Notes: generated from the sequence alone by a model not told the origin. A stretch of DNA of 64,000 nt from Salpingoeca rosetta (GCA_033442325.1 JAWQFM010000014.1:897792-961791); one strand, 5' to 3'; shown: positions 29,301 through 39,264, counted from the first letter of the stretch. Numbers and translations are program-made.

Positions 29301-30835
29301 GCTGGAAACAGCCTTTTCAGGTAGCCGTGCAGTTGCTGTGAGATGTTTGATGCCAGGGTCTCCAAGTCAGCGTCCTTTGGGGACGGGTTCACGGGGATTC
29401 CCACCACGCTGCCGTTGTCTGCAACGCCGATGCCAATGTATGCACGCCTTGGCGCGCGTGAAGCATCCAAGGCGTACATCTCTGCCATGTAGTTGCGTGC
29501 ATGCTCCAGGACCTTGCGCTGAATTCCCGCTGGTGTGGGTTCGTCGAGCTGCACAGTCTTGTACTCTCTGACGTTGCTTTCAGGTGGGTGGCGGTGCAGG
29601 GCCGATGTGGTCGAAACCCGGTCCGCCATTGGCTCGGATGGAGGTGTTTGCAACACCATGGCGGGGGCGATGCTTGCCAGGCCCATGTGCAGCTCTGCAT
29701 CTGACACAGGCTTCGATGTCGCCCCGCTCCGCTTCGATCGGGTGTACTGGAGCATCAAGTGCACGTCTGCCGTTGTGCGCACAATGTCCAGCCTGAACCG
29801 CCCATGCGTGCCTTTGAGTTTGAACATGCGCACCACACTTCTGCGGTCGTCACACTCGACGCTTTGGTGTGTTGCTGCTTCGGGTTGTCCGTCTTCGTAC
29901 CGTTGGCCCAAGTCAGGGTGGTTGAAGGCGGCCGCGTCCACCTCAAATGGGCCGTCGATGATGGGTGCATGACAAAGGCGGTCGCTCAAGCTCGTGGCAA
30001 TGCCTTCTCCGGTCACCTTTGCCGCGCCGTTGACAAAAATGCTGCCGCACACGCGAGAGTTGTGGAAGGCGGCCACGGCACGTGTCGCTTCAGTAACGTC
30101 CGCCACTTCCACAATTGCAGGGGTGGTCATGCTGGTGTCGTGGGCGGTGGTGGTGTTGTGCGCGGTGGTGGTGTCGTCGACGGTGGTGTCGTCGACGGTG
30201 GTGTCGTCGACGGTGGTGCTGTGGGCGGGGGTTTCGTCGACGGTGGTGTTGTGGGCGGGGGTTTCGTCGACGGTGTTGTTGTGGGCGATGGTGGTGTCGT
30301 CGACGGTGGTGCTGTGGGCGATGGTGGTGTCGTCGACGGTGGTGCTGTGGGCGATGGTGGTGTCGTCGACGGTTGTGTCGTCAACGGTGTTGTTGTGGGC
30401 GATGGTGGTGTCGTCGACGGTGGTGCTGTGGGCGATGGTTGTGTCGTCGACGGTGTTGTTGTGGGCGATGGTGGTGTCGACGGTGGTGTCGTCGACGGTG
30501 TTGTGGGCGATGGTTGTGTCGTCGACGGTGGTGCTGTGGGCGGTGGTGGTGTCGACGGCGTTGTCGTGGGCGATGGTGGTGTCGTCGACGGTGTTGTGGG
30601 CGATGGTGGTGTCGTCGACGGTGTTGTGGGCGATGGCTGTGTCGTGGACGGTGGTGCTGTGGGCGGTGGTGGTGTCGACGGTGGTGCTGTGGGCGGTGGT
30701 GGTGTCGACGGTGTTGTCGTAGGCGATGGTGGTGTCGATGGTGGTGTCGTCGACGGTGGTAGCGGTGTGGGTCTGGGCGGACTCAGTGCTGGAGTCAGGC
30801 TGCTGCAGCTGGTCGTGAAGAGGTGTGCCTAACAT
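26306..30835 (-). CDS. Intronless SAMD9/SAMD9L-like protein: Thr/Asp repeats, Schlafen AlbA_2 domain(s), Rossmann/SIR2-like segment, STAND P-loop NTPase, helical C-terminus (~1509 aa)
   Basis: Uninterrupted 4.5 kb ORF with no microsatellites; first ATG (MLGTP) at 30835. AlbA_2 signature PESNVREYK...YIGIGVADNGSVVGIPV at ~29585-29390, DWMQVFDVN, RFLAGRR..LPWSL..AVDR, P-loop PFQGIGVTTSLQRVA at ~28040-27995, Walker B VLVLADQD, then FLIDEEKPRF. Confidence 0.75.
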   Translation of the reverse strand: MLGTPLHDQLQQPDSSTESAQTHTATTVDDTTIDTTIAYDNTVDTTTAHSTTVDTTTAHSTTVHDTAIAHNTVDDTTIAHNTVDDTTIAHDNAVDTTTAHSTTVDDTTIAHNTVDDTTVDTTIAHNNTVDDTTIAHSTTVDDTTIAHNNTVDDTTVDDTTIAHSTTVDDTTIAHSTTVDDTTIAHNNTVDETPAHNTTVDETPAHSTTVDDTTVDDTTVDDTTTAHNTTTAHDTSMTTPAIVEVADVTEATRAVAAFHNSRVCGSIFVNGAAKVTGEGIATSLSDRLCHAPIIDGPFEVDAAAFNHPDLGQRYEDGQPEAATHQSVECDDRRSVVRMFKLKGTHGRFRLDIVRTTADVHLMLQYTRSKRSGATSKPVSDAELHMGLASIAPAMVLQTPPSEPMADRVSTTSALHRHPPESNVREYKTVQLDEPTPAGIQRKVLEHARNYMAEMYALDASRAPRRAYIGIGVADNGSVVGIPVNPSPKDADLETLASNISQQLHGYLKRLFPAPQLDVIVRVKRVVAPKIEELWQAEGNTVYVLSEDDFRRMAKATGQDKMVLFRGAVMTERQQATGRGGAGHRKWCALASTAKGVFEVRDEKLRGWRIKKPGKEVEVPLCVREYDDLCMGEPLILVEVEFDAKRACVSGHPTVLWNMDKFDCPIWDGKHVVALTPFAAWAFHRHRVTPHLLFRPPSIGAHPMPVVVDARSARFPDWMQVFDVNAVGNIPWQGPSGVIMALGLETESVQALCRSLPDMEVWVSVVDTEPGRLEAALQMFRRYLSDTPHHCVRDVRLLPSLASLLEAQPPSSVVREATCTTPAPTTPISHCMVVPHQSQLLGPHPATSEGHACVQRFLAGRRDVPATSAAAEAVDGSESDGGEVDGVNEAQLPWSLVDTAAVDRLQDESLLSQLDAIFDEQQHAGSPSHFVYGKAPFQGIGVTTSLQRVARAFVERRRHDVCVWVPRACDLRQVGPQLQNLLSQYVTTTTRRVLVLADQDISRAISDIDRCVRSCMARKGALFVLFYVKLCQRYVASRDGASEFMFCPFLIDEEKPRFIKHYASHCPQAEQRVRELENTPDHLPVTLLSAAVSLGNCCAAFRMLKSCFAAVPEDTQSRLQRLALLEVMAGCDISDIWLPGTGVELPMWKWLVRRNDGTGGRERLTSMLWAFPLLRSRGIVLSALQEGAYASTDVRRAVAQKIVRCMKAAFRDVCEAGLSLKPWLVLLTADESGGDGLCQMPKWIQMTYERGNKGVFDSVYGVLDSLDDDMEESGYTDSRGQVAILKTQLRLIFTHPRPATSWSTMASSGSSGNPETEWAAILQPLEAFVETNDHSRAERHKLGTIQAQAASELARAFPAQAVTLAKQCVANLRRCVQQHPTRPLKPGLSQQYLLPGLHRASKHLQRASSVMRDVQCKRRLESSIQDLDGLESQLGGPSADRSHAPSNTEAEANRGDRRLPRTESDPEPRARATLRRARGMQHFVHKALQPWEGQPSIDQLLHEAELALPLS
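30125..30760 (-). repeat. Coding tandem repeat encoding (H-N/S-T-T-V-D-D-T-T-I-A)n at the N-terminus of the SAMD9-like ORF
   Basis: About 20 imperfect 27-33 bp units (GTCGTCGACGGTGGTGCTGTGGGCGATGGTG on +), all preserving frame. Confidence 0.9.
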
Positions 30836-31209
30836 CTTGGCTGGTTGTTTGCGTGGGTTGTCGAAAATCAAACGAAGACATTGCAAAGCAGTATCAGATG
30901 CGACAGCTGATTCACGCCAACGAAAGGTGCGCCGGCAAGTCGAAACACCATCTCCACCAAATCGACCCGGCGGACGACGACGGCCGCGACAACCGGCACA
31001 CCCCAACGTTTGCACAGGCAGCAGCGGGACAACGCGCCAACCGCCGCGGCCGCGGACGCAGGGCCATCACCACTACCAACAACATCACCAACAACACTCA
31101 CGCCACCAACAACACCTCTAACAACACCACTACCACCAACAACACCTCCGACGACACCACGCCCACTACCACCACCACCACTACCGCCACCACCATCGGC
31201 AGCAGCAGC

Positions 31210-31285
<76 letters not shown>

Positions 31286-31801
31286 CCGGGGGCAACCCCG
31301 ACCCGCGCCACGGCACGGGCAACGAGCGGTCAAGGGCCACTACCGCACAGATTCAGGGCCCACGGAGAGCAGCGACGCAACCGACCACCACGCGCTGCCC
31401 CATCGACACCACCAGCCAGGTGGAGACCAACGGAAACCGCAATGAGGAAGCGGCCTCCCAACCTGCGCAGGCGTCCTCCCACTGAGTCTAGACCCAGTGG
31501 CCTTTCTCCGGGCCTGAGGGCCCCTCTCTCTCCCCTCACTCAAAGCTGCCTTGCCTGCTCTCCGCCCGAGTGGTTTCGTTTTATTTATCACACCAATCCC
31601 CGTGTCCCTTTGCCTGGCTCGGTTGGCTTCACCGAGTGTCTCTTCCCCCATCGGTTTTTTTTTATTGCATGCTCCTCCCCGCTCGTCTCGCTTTCTTTCT
31701 TTGCTTCTTCGCCTGCTGGTCGGCACCGTGTCGTCTGCGTTCGAAGCCCGGCCCAGCCGGGGCAGGCGACACCATAAAGTTTTGATGAACCCCCCCCCCC
31801 C
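30823..31801 (+). mobile_element. Possible retroelement remnant: ORF fragment with Cx2Cx19Hx4C, a TFAQAAA motif and poly-Asn, then a structured 3' end closing with ATAAA and a C12 run
   Basis: ORF 30823-31485 (CVGCRK...IHANERC; PTFAQAAAG; RRGRGRR). Hairpins at 31618-31636 and 31728-31772, CATAAAG at 31773, C-run 31790-31801. No RT, integrase or transposase is visible. Confidence 0.3.
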
Positions 31802-31850
31802 AAATCACTGAGGCATCACCCCACTTGATAGCTCGCACAGGACAGTGAAC

Positions 31851-32746
31851 ATGAGCTTGGGCGCCGCCGTGTTCGTTCGTCCACAGACACTTGCCCGCTT
31901 CGATCGAACCATGAAGGTGCTCCTCAAGCAGTCACCCATGCGTGTGAGTTCGTCTCTCGCGTTGTTGCCCTCGTTACCTCACTGTTGCCGCATTCTCTGC
32001 ACTGCACTGCATCTCTTCTTGCAGGAGACTTGGCTGCTCAGGCACAACAAGCCAGTGCCTGCTACGGCCTGACAATGTCGGGTCCCCAGATGGCTGAGTA
32101 CGCAGCGCAAGCTCAAGGCAGAACTCGAGTCAAGCGGCATGCGGAGTTTGACAGACTGGCTTCATTCGTTCGTGAGTTTAGCTGTGAGCTTGTGTTTGAA
32201 CTGCGCGCACACGTGCGCGCGGGTGTGCGTGTGGATGAATTCGTGTGTGCGTGCGTATGTACACGTGTGTGTATGTGAGTACATGTGTGTGTGTGCGTGG
32301 ATACGTGTGTACGCGTGTATGTGTGTGTGTGTGTGCATGTACATGCACATGTGTGTATGTATACGTGTGTCCGTGCGTTTGTGCACGTGTATGTACGCGC
32401 GTGTGTGCACGTGTACGTGTGTGTGTGTGTCTGGCTATGTGCACGTATACATGTGTGTGCACGTGTGCACGTGTGCGTGTGGTGTTCTGTGTGTGTTTGC
32501 ACATGCAAGTCCAATAGTGCTTTGCGAGACCCTAACGTAAGCACCGTCTTGCACCTACACACTAGAGACCTCCAGGCTAGCTCGGGTTTGGGCTCGCATT
32601 ATGACCGCGAGAAACCCTGGTCAAGGTCGAGGCGCGCATTGAAGAGCTGCGCAGAAACCAGCACTCACTTCGCAGTCGAGCAACCCGTTTACAGACGTAA
32701 CGGCCGGTGCAGACCAGCCAGGACGCCAGCGACAAAGACTTCTACA

Positions 32747-32810
<64 letters not shown>
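31851..32810 (+). pseudogene. Degenerate spliced gene fragment of unknown family
   Basis: Exon-like pieces MSLGAAVFVRPQTLARFDRTMKVLLKQSPMR | GDLAAQAQQASACYGLTM...EFDRLASF with GT/AG borders and a GT-repeat intron. A third piece ([14 protein letters not shown] / [15 protein letters not shown]) needs a frameshift. Ends in (GAT)n. Confidence 0.35.
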
Positions 32811-32812
<2 letters not shown>

Positions 32813-32883
32813 ACAATAACAGCGGCACGACCTCTTGGCTCGAACAATCGCTCCTACGTTATCTCTTGTGTGTGTGTGTGTGT

Positions 32884-32916
<33 letters not shown>

Positions 32917-33071
32917 AAGGGGTATGTGTGAGTGTCGTGTGTCATGTATGTTCGTGCGCGTATGTGCATGACACGGTTTGCGCACATGCGCCGATTTTAT
33001 TCGTTCGATCATGATTGCTCACGCACGTTTTTACGGCTTGTGTTATCATCACACCCTATTCGACCATGCAG

Positions 33072-34012
33072 GCAAGCGTTCGAGCAGGAAAAGGATACAC
33101 TGAAGGCGGAGAACGAGCAGCTCGCCACAACATGCACTGAGCTCAAGTCCGATGTTGATCAGAAGCAGGTACGCATGTTGAGACTGTATCTTCTTCTTTT
33201 CGTTGCCGCTACGAACTTGTCAACCCAAGCCATGCCAACAACGGCACGAGCACAATCCACACACATGAGCACATGCACATGTACACGCGAGCATGAAGAC
33301 ATGTACACGCAAACACGCATGCACACGCATGTACACACGTACACACATACACCTGTTCACACACAGCCGCATGTTAATCCATGCATGCACAACAACACGT
33401 GTCGCACAGACGCGTGGTGTTGAACTGTGGTGGCGTTGGCTCAAATCATTGTGCTTGCCATCGCATTCGCCTTCATACACACGCTGCCCTTCCTCCCCTT
33501 GTTCTTCTTCCTCTGTCTCTCCTTTGCCTGACTCGCCTTCTTCAATGTCGTCATCGCACTGCTCTTCGTTCTCTTCCTCCGCCTCCACCCCAACATGGCG
33601 TACACACCCACACCATACAATCACAACACGTCATGATCCTACTCCTCCTACTCCTCCTCTTTCTTCTTCTTCTTCTTCTTCTTCTTCTTCTTCTTCTTCT
33701 TCTTCTTCTTCTTCTTCTTCTTCTTCTTCTTCTTCTTCTTCTTCTTCTTCTTCTTCTTCTCTGGTGTCGTTCTTTCTTCCGTTCTTCTCTCTTCCGTTCA
33801 CTGGGAAGGCGGCCATTGTAGAGCTGCGCGAGACCGTGGACGACCTTCAAGGCAAGCAGTCCTCCCTCCTGCAGGAACTGGATGGCCTCCGCTCCACCTC
33901 TCGCACGTCAGTATTGGTGCATGGCTCGCGGTGGTGGAATGGGTAGCTGTGGTGTCGAGTATGGAGTGTGGTGGTAAGCAGCTATGTGCACGTGGATGGA
34001 ACCATGGCTTGC

Positions 34013-34051
<39 letters not shown>

Positions 34052-36673
34052 NNNNNNNNNNNNNNNNNNNNNNNNNNNNNNNNNNNNNNNNNNNNNNNNN
34101 NNNNNNNNNNNNNNNNNNNNNNNNNNNNNNNNNNNNNNNNNNNNNNNNNNNACACACACTTGGCACCATCAGGCGACATCGACGATTGAGCAGCAGACGT
34201 CTGAGATCAAGGATCTGCACGACAAAGTGGCTGCACTGGAGGCGTGTGTCAAGGAGCACGAGCAGCAGGCAATTGTCGACGAAGCAGAGCGGTAACAGCA
34301 CATGAATGCAAGCACGCGTGACTTGGGACACTGTGGCGAGCAACCATGGTGGCAACATGTCGTATGTGGGTGCGCAGCAGTAGCTGTTTCTGTTTCCTTG
34401 TAGCTCTTCGCATCGATTCGTCATGCCTTTCGTTCTGTGTGTGGGCTCATGGCACATCAACTTGTTTTACAGGCGCCGCCTGCACAACATGGTGCAAGAG
34501 CTCAAGGGCAACGTGCGCGTGTTTTGTCGCGTGCGCCCCTTTCTCTCTGGCGAGGACGCATCAGCGGATGAACAGCCAGTCGCTTGCCTCGACGGCAAGG
34601 TGCGATGCTGATGCTGATGATGCCAGGCTGCTGTGTCATGACATGCGCGCCTTTGCCCTCTGTGCGATTGACGTCAAGTTGTGGACAAGCGTGCCGCACA
34701 TGCAGAATGACGAGACATGACGTGACGTGAGTGCGGGGCTCACACCACATTCCCGTGTGTTTGCTTTTTGCCTTGCAGGAGGTGTCCGTGACTGGCGCCA
34801 CAGGGCCGACGGCGACGTTTGCTTTCGACAAGGTGGGCATCAGCGCCACATGCACGTGTACAAGGGCGCGATCATCCACAACGCCGTGGAACAGACCAAT
34901 ACCCTTGCCAGCTGTGCATGCAGTGCCAACGTATTTTCATCAATCAAGCTCACTGTTCATCCTTCCGCAATGGTCCTTTGTTCCTGGCAGGTGTTTGACC
35001 GCGACAGCACACAAGCGCAAGTGTTTGAGGAGATTGAGCAGCTTGTGCAGTCCTCCATGGACGGCTACAACGTCTGCGTGTTTGCTTACGGCCAGGTTTG
35101 TTTCTCATGGGTGTGGAGTGTGTGTGTGTGTGTGGGGTGTGTGTGGAGGGGGGTTGTGTGTGTGTGTGTGTGTCTGTCTGTCTGTCTGTCTGTGTGTGTG
35201 TGCATTGGGGGGAGTGAGTGAGTGTGTGCTGTTGCTGTTGTTCTCGTGACTGACGGGCATATGGTCACACACTCACTTGATCGCAGACTGGAAGCGGCAA
35301 GACATACACCATGCTTGGCAGCGATGACGAGGGATCACGTGGCATGATCCCACGCGCTGTTGAACAGGTGCATCACATTGCAGTTATGTGTGTGTGTGCG
35401 GATACGTATGTTCTCATGTGCACATTTGCTTCCATTCTACCGCGACGCATCAATCTGCTCCACTCGGTTTTCCTCACATCTCACACACACTAGCACGCAC
35501 ACACTCACTCGCACGCACACACTCATTCGCACGCACACATTCACACGGACGACTGTGTCTGCAGCTTTTCCAGCGCCAAGCGGAGCTTGCTGCCAAGGGG
35601 TGGGAGTACACGTTCAAGGCCTCCATGCGGGAGATTTACAACGAGGAGCCACGTGACCTGCTTGCCACGCGGGGATCCGCCACCAAGCCAGTCATTTCCT
35701 GGACAGCGCCCGTCTCAAACCTTTCTGAGTTTGCCGTCACCGTTCCAGATGACGTGAGCGGCTGGAGTTTGGGGTGTAGTGTTGGAAATTGGTGTGTGGG
35801 GGGGGGGGGGGGGGGCGTGTGTGTGTGTGTGTGTGTGTGTGCGTTGTTTGATTGATTGTGTGCCTGTGCATGCGTTTGTTTGATGTTGTGTGCGTGTACG
35901 TGCGTGTGTGTCTGTATGTCTGTGTGTAGGAGCGTTCTGCGTCTTGTGCCAGTGTCCGTGGTACGTCTCTGTCAGTGTCCGTGGTACGTCTCTGTTAGTG
36001 CCCGTGGTACGTCTCTGTTAGTGCCCGTGGTACGTCTCTGTTAGTGCCCGTGGTACGTCGTCTCACTGCTCCTTGACGCACACCAACTCACAAGCAAGCG
36101 CCGTTGTCTTTGCCCCTCTCCTACTCCCTCCCCTCCACTCTCTTTCAGGTGCACGAGCTGCTTCAGCGTGCAGAGACCAACAGGAGGACGGCCAAGACGG
36201 CGATGAACGCACGCTCGTCCCGCAGCCACTCCGTCTTCCGCCTGCAGATTGCGGGTGAGAACAAGGCCGCGGGCGAGGTGTGCAACGCCACGCTCAACCT
36301 CATTGACCTGGCTGGCTCCGAGCGCATCAAGGTCTCCAAGGTGCAAGGAAAGGAGGAGAAAGAGGCCAAGTACATCAACAAGAGCCTGACCACCCTCAAG
36401 CGCGTCTTCACAAAGCTCTCCCAGAAGGCATCCATGAGAGTGAGGGGTGGGACGAGATGGGAAAGGGCGGAAGATGGGAAATATGGGAGAATCGGGGATT
36501 GAGGAGGGCGAGTGAGTGCAATGCATTTTGTGGTTGCGGTTGGCAATCGCTCACCTGTGTGATACATCTTGACTCCTGAATGCTTTCCACCCACCACTAG
36601 GATGGGCATGTGCCCTTCCGTGACTCCAAGCTGACCATGCTCCTCAAGGACTCCATGTGCAACAACAGCAAGT

Positions 36674-36737
<64 letters not shown>

Positions 36738-37201
36738 TGGGTGTGTGTGTTGTGTGTGTGTGTGTGTGTGTCTGTGTGTGTGTGTGTGCATGCTTGTGGA
36801 TGTTTGCTTCTTCTTGTGTGTGCGCGCGCTATTGCCGTCACGCCATTGTTCACTCACCCTGTGTCCTCTGGAACTGGCTTCTTTGCAATGCAGCCTGATG
36901 TTTGTGAACGTGGCGCCCACAGCCGCGTCCGCCAGCGAGACAAAGAACAGCCTTCGCTTCGCTGCAGAGGTAACATAAACTGAGGGACAACGTGTGCTTC
37001 TCTTGGCAAGCTGGTGGTACGAGTGTGCGATTTTGCTGCTGGTACGAATTTGCCGTCTGGCTGATGTGATGCATTCACGATTCTCCTCTCTCCCCCCCTC
37101 CCTCCCCTCCCTCCTCAATCGTCAATCCACAATGTTGTTGACAGGCCAACAAGTGCCACCTCGGCACAGCACGTGCCAACAGTGGCACCTCCTCCAAGTA
37201 G
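33072..37201 (+). pseudogene. 5'-truncated kinesin-14 duplicate (copy B)
   Basis: Lacks promoter and exons 1-3. SMLEIYNE>SMREIYNE (35628-35630), G>S in MLGSDD, P>R in ATRGS, and a GT>GC donor at 36428-36429. Confidence 0.7.
34052..34151. other. Assembly gap (100 N)
   Basis: N run inside a (CA)n tract. Confidence 1.
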
Positions 37202-37898
37202 ACACCTCCAACAGCAACTTTGCCTGCCCCTTTTCTGAAGTCTTTGCATGGTGGTGGTGGTGGTGGTGGTGGTGGTGGTGGTGGTGTTGTTGTTGTTGCT
37301 TAAGTTGTTGTTGTTTAAGTTGTTGTTGTTTAAGTTGTTGTTGTTTAAGTTGTTGTTGTTGTTGTTGTTGTTTAAGTTGTTTCAGTTGCTGTTGCTGTTG
37401 TTGTTCAGAAAACCCTGTGGTGGTGGTGGTGGTGGTTGCATGTGGTGAGTTCTTGCGTTTTACGTTGGTGACAACCTCGTAAACACTTAAAACAGCAGAT
37501 AAACACTTAAACAGTAGAATGAGAGGAGCAGGAGAGGGTGTTGAACGATGTGATTGGGGGAGAAAGGATATCTCGAGTAGGTGCTGAGTGAGTGGCGCAG
37601 ATTTGCAAACAATTGCATGTGCCACATGACCTTAGGTCACAGTGTCTGCCTCTTTGACACGGGTCCGTGCACATGCTTCCTGCTTGTACGACCAAGCCGT
37701 GGGCTTTGCTGCGGTTCGTGCATGCTTTGCTCAGACACTCACTTGTTTGGCTCGAAACTCATGCGAAAACATCCAAGAATTATCCACAACCACAACCACC
37801 AGCAGACCAGCAACGCTGCAAACAAAAACAAACACGGCGCGCTGACCTTCCGACTTTGTGCTCTTCTTCTCTTCTTGGTCTCCTCCCTTGCTTGGAGT

Positions 37899-39161
37899 AT
37901 GGTGACGAGAAGAAGACCTGGATGCCTGCAGGCACGTGCGTTACTGCCTTTCATGATGCTAGTCCTTGAGCTGCTGGCGGCAGTGTGCTGGATGCCGTTC
38001 ACCATCTCGGGTGAGGTGGTGATGGTTGAGGATGAAGCTGGTGCCTTCCACGTCAACACCAGCGATACCATGAACCAGCCCGTGTTTGTGAACGGCATGA
38101 ATGTGCATGAGACGCTCAGCACGCTGATGAGCGCCGTCTCGGTGCAGCAGAGCGCTATCAATGTACAGCAGAGCTTGCACGCTGAACTCTGCCAGGTTGC
38201 GAGGCGTGCCGATATGTTAGGGCAGCTTGGATCACGAGGTGGGAAGTGGGTTGGCGGCGTGCTGGCCAACAACGGTTTAATCTACGCTGCGCCATACAAC
38301 TCGCCTTCCGTGCTCATTATCAATCCGAGCACAAACACCGTTGATACGACCACAATCTCCGTGCTCCTTGAGAATGGTGCGAAGTGGGCGGGTGCGGTGT
38401 TGGCGCACAACGGCTTCGTCTACATGTTTGCGTCAACACAAGCAACCATGCTCATCGTCGACCCGGACACCAACACCACTGACACATCGAGTATCCACTC
38501 GCTGGGCTCCGGCGTCGCCAAATGGCGGAGCGGTGTTGTGGCCAGCAATGGCCTCATCTTCGGCATCCCCTCTTTTGCAACGTCTGTGCTAATTGTTGAC
38601 CCGGAGACCAATGTCGCCGACCTCACCACGCTCTCTGGGCTGTCGAACCATGAATTCAAGTGGTATGGCGGTGTACAGGCAGACACCGACCTCATATACT
38701 GCATTCCCGTGACGGCGTCCTCTGTCCTCGTCATCAATCCAGAGTTGCTCACGATGGACCTCACCACATTGGCTGGTTTTGACACGGGCTACAAGTGGCG
38801 CGGGGGCGTGCTTGCAGGCAACGGTCTCATCTACGCCGTCCCGTCTCGCTCTGCGATGGCCCTTATCATTGACCCAGCCACCAACGCCAGCCGCCAGCAC
38901 CCAGTCACGGAGCGAACCAGCTTTGGACAGTGGCTTGGCGCTGTGCTTGCACCCAACGCCAACATCATCGGCATCCCATACGACTCGTCATCTGTTCTCA
39001 TCTTCGACACCACCACCACCAGCATCAGCGACACCACGACCATCAACGATCTTGAAGAAGGAGGCACCAAGTGGTGGGACGGAGTGCTCGCTCCGAACGG
39101 CCTCGTCTATGGTATTCCATTCAACGCCGAATCTGTCCTCGTCATCGACCCAGGGTGCTGA
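37899..39161 (+). CDS. Intronless secreted/membrane-anchored protein with 7 KWxGGVLAxNGxIYxIP...VLIIDP repeats (predicted 7-blade beta-propeller)
   Basis: ATG at 37899 (MVTRRR), hydrophobic LLPFMMLVLELLAAVCW, HVNTSD..PVFVNG motif, short coiled segment, then seven ~45-aa repeats ending VLVIDPGC-TGA. Confidence 0.82.
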   Translation: MVTRRRPGCLQARALLPFMMLVLELLAAVCWMPFTISGEVVMVEDEAGAFHVNTSDTMNQPVFVNGMNVHETLSTLMSAVSVQQSAINVQQSLHAELCQVARRADMLGQLGSRGGKWVGGVLANNGLIYAAPYNSPSVLIINPSTNTVDTTTISVLLENGAKWAGAVLAHNGFVYMFASTQATMLIVDPDTNTTDTSSIHSLGSGVAKWRSGVVASNGLIFGIPSFATSVLIVDPETNVADLTTLSGLSNHEFKWYGGVQADTDLIYCIPVTASSVLVINPELLTMDLTTLAGFDTGYKWRGGVLAGNGLIYAVPSRSAMALIIDPATNASRQHPVTERTSFGQWLGAVLAPNANIIGIPYDSSSVLIFDTTTTSISDTTTINDLEEGGTKWWDGVLAPNGLVYGIPFNAESVLVIDPGC

Positions 39162-39192
39162 TGTGTGGGGAGGGTGTGTGTGTGTTGTCGAT

Positions 39193-39264
<72 letters not shown>

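Larger units (their letters stand above)
32867..37758 (+). repeat. Direct segmental repeat, copy B
   Basis: Matches 20973-25870 including introns; spans the assembly gap. Confidence 0.9.

Noticed and set aside
29759-30832. Plus-strand Val/Gly-rich ORFs
   Set aside because: They are antisense shadows of the Thr/Asp coding repeat.
30836-31015. 60-aa N-terminal extension of the 1569-aa ORF
   Set aside because: It begins at a non-ATG codon and is antisense to the element-like ORF; ATG 30835 is preferred.
31728-31772. tRNA suggested by GTTCGAA
   Set aside because: No cloverleaf, D arm or anticodon arm; kept only as a hairpin.
33885-34051. 1-bp deletions, including a frameshift, in kinesin copy B
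   Set aside because: They cluster in homopolymers right before the contig end, so are probably low-quality sequence; not used as pseudogene evidence.
37581-37898. N-terminal extension of the 526-aa ORF
   Set aside because: Non-ATG start lying in duplicated flank; the signal-like sequence follows ATG 37899.
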